64,000 bases of DNA from Hormiphora californensis. Its lineage: Eukaryota; Animalia; Ctenophora. Below the pieces are notes generated by a model. The model saw nothing but the letters and a program-made list of their open reading frames with translations. It made no database searches and was not told the DNA's origin. The position numbers and the translations under genes are program-made. The DNA lies in NCBI GenBank assembly GCA_020137815.1, contig CM035352.1, positions 7,254,001 to 7,318,000 of the forward strand, given 5' to 3'. This document shows positions 63,860 to 64,000 of this stretch, piece after piece. How positions within the stretch are numbered: the stretch's first letter is position 1; each line of letters opens with the position of its first letter.

Positions 63860-64000
63860 ATGGCATAACATGCTCCTAAATCATGTGTACTTTTTTCGAT
63901 TCTGTAACCTTGAAGATCTGGTGGGCAATAAGAAATGTCTTGTCGATGATCTTCTTCTTTCTCTTTTCGGCCCTTCAAATTCGTATCAATATTCACCTTT

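Overview
Repeat-saturated eukaryotic DNA with spliceosomal introns, probably an invertebrate animal (a ctenophore is a weak guess from the style of the LINEs). No intact host gene, rRNA, tRNA or CRISPR array is supported. The window is a nest of transposons: MITEs of Tc1/mariner, Kolobok, Academ, MULE, foldback and Helitron type; decayed hAT, Kolobok and (many) Academ transposase fragments; a TRIM-like LTR element; L2/CR1-type LINEs; minisatellites; a nested ~5.4 kb palindrome (12.1-17.6 kb); and a tandemly amplified CCCH zinc-finger exon (21.7-29.6 kb). The strongest candidate for something new is an RNase H-type (I/R1/LOA-like) LINE on the minus strand, 51825-63859. It is bounded by a 12-bp target-site duplication, has a pseudoknot at its exact 5' end, and its ORF1 slot holds a 4-exon gene with three in-frame phase-0 introns. 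All family assignments come from reading motifs by eye, not from database searches.
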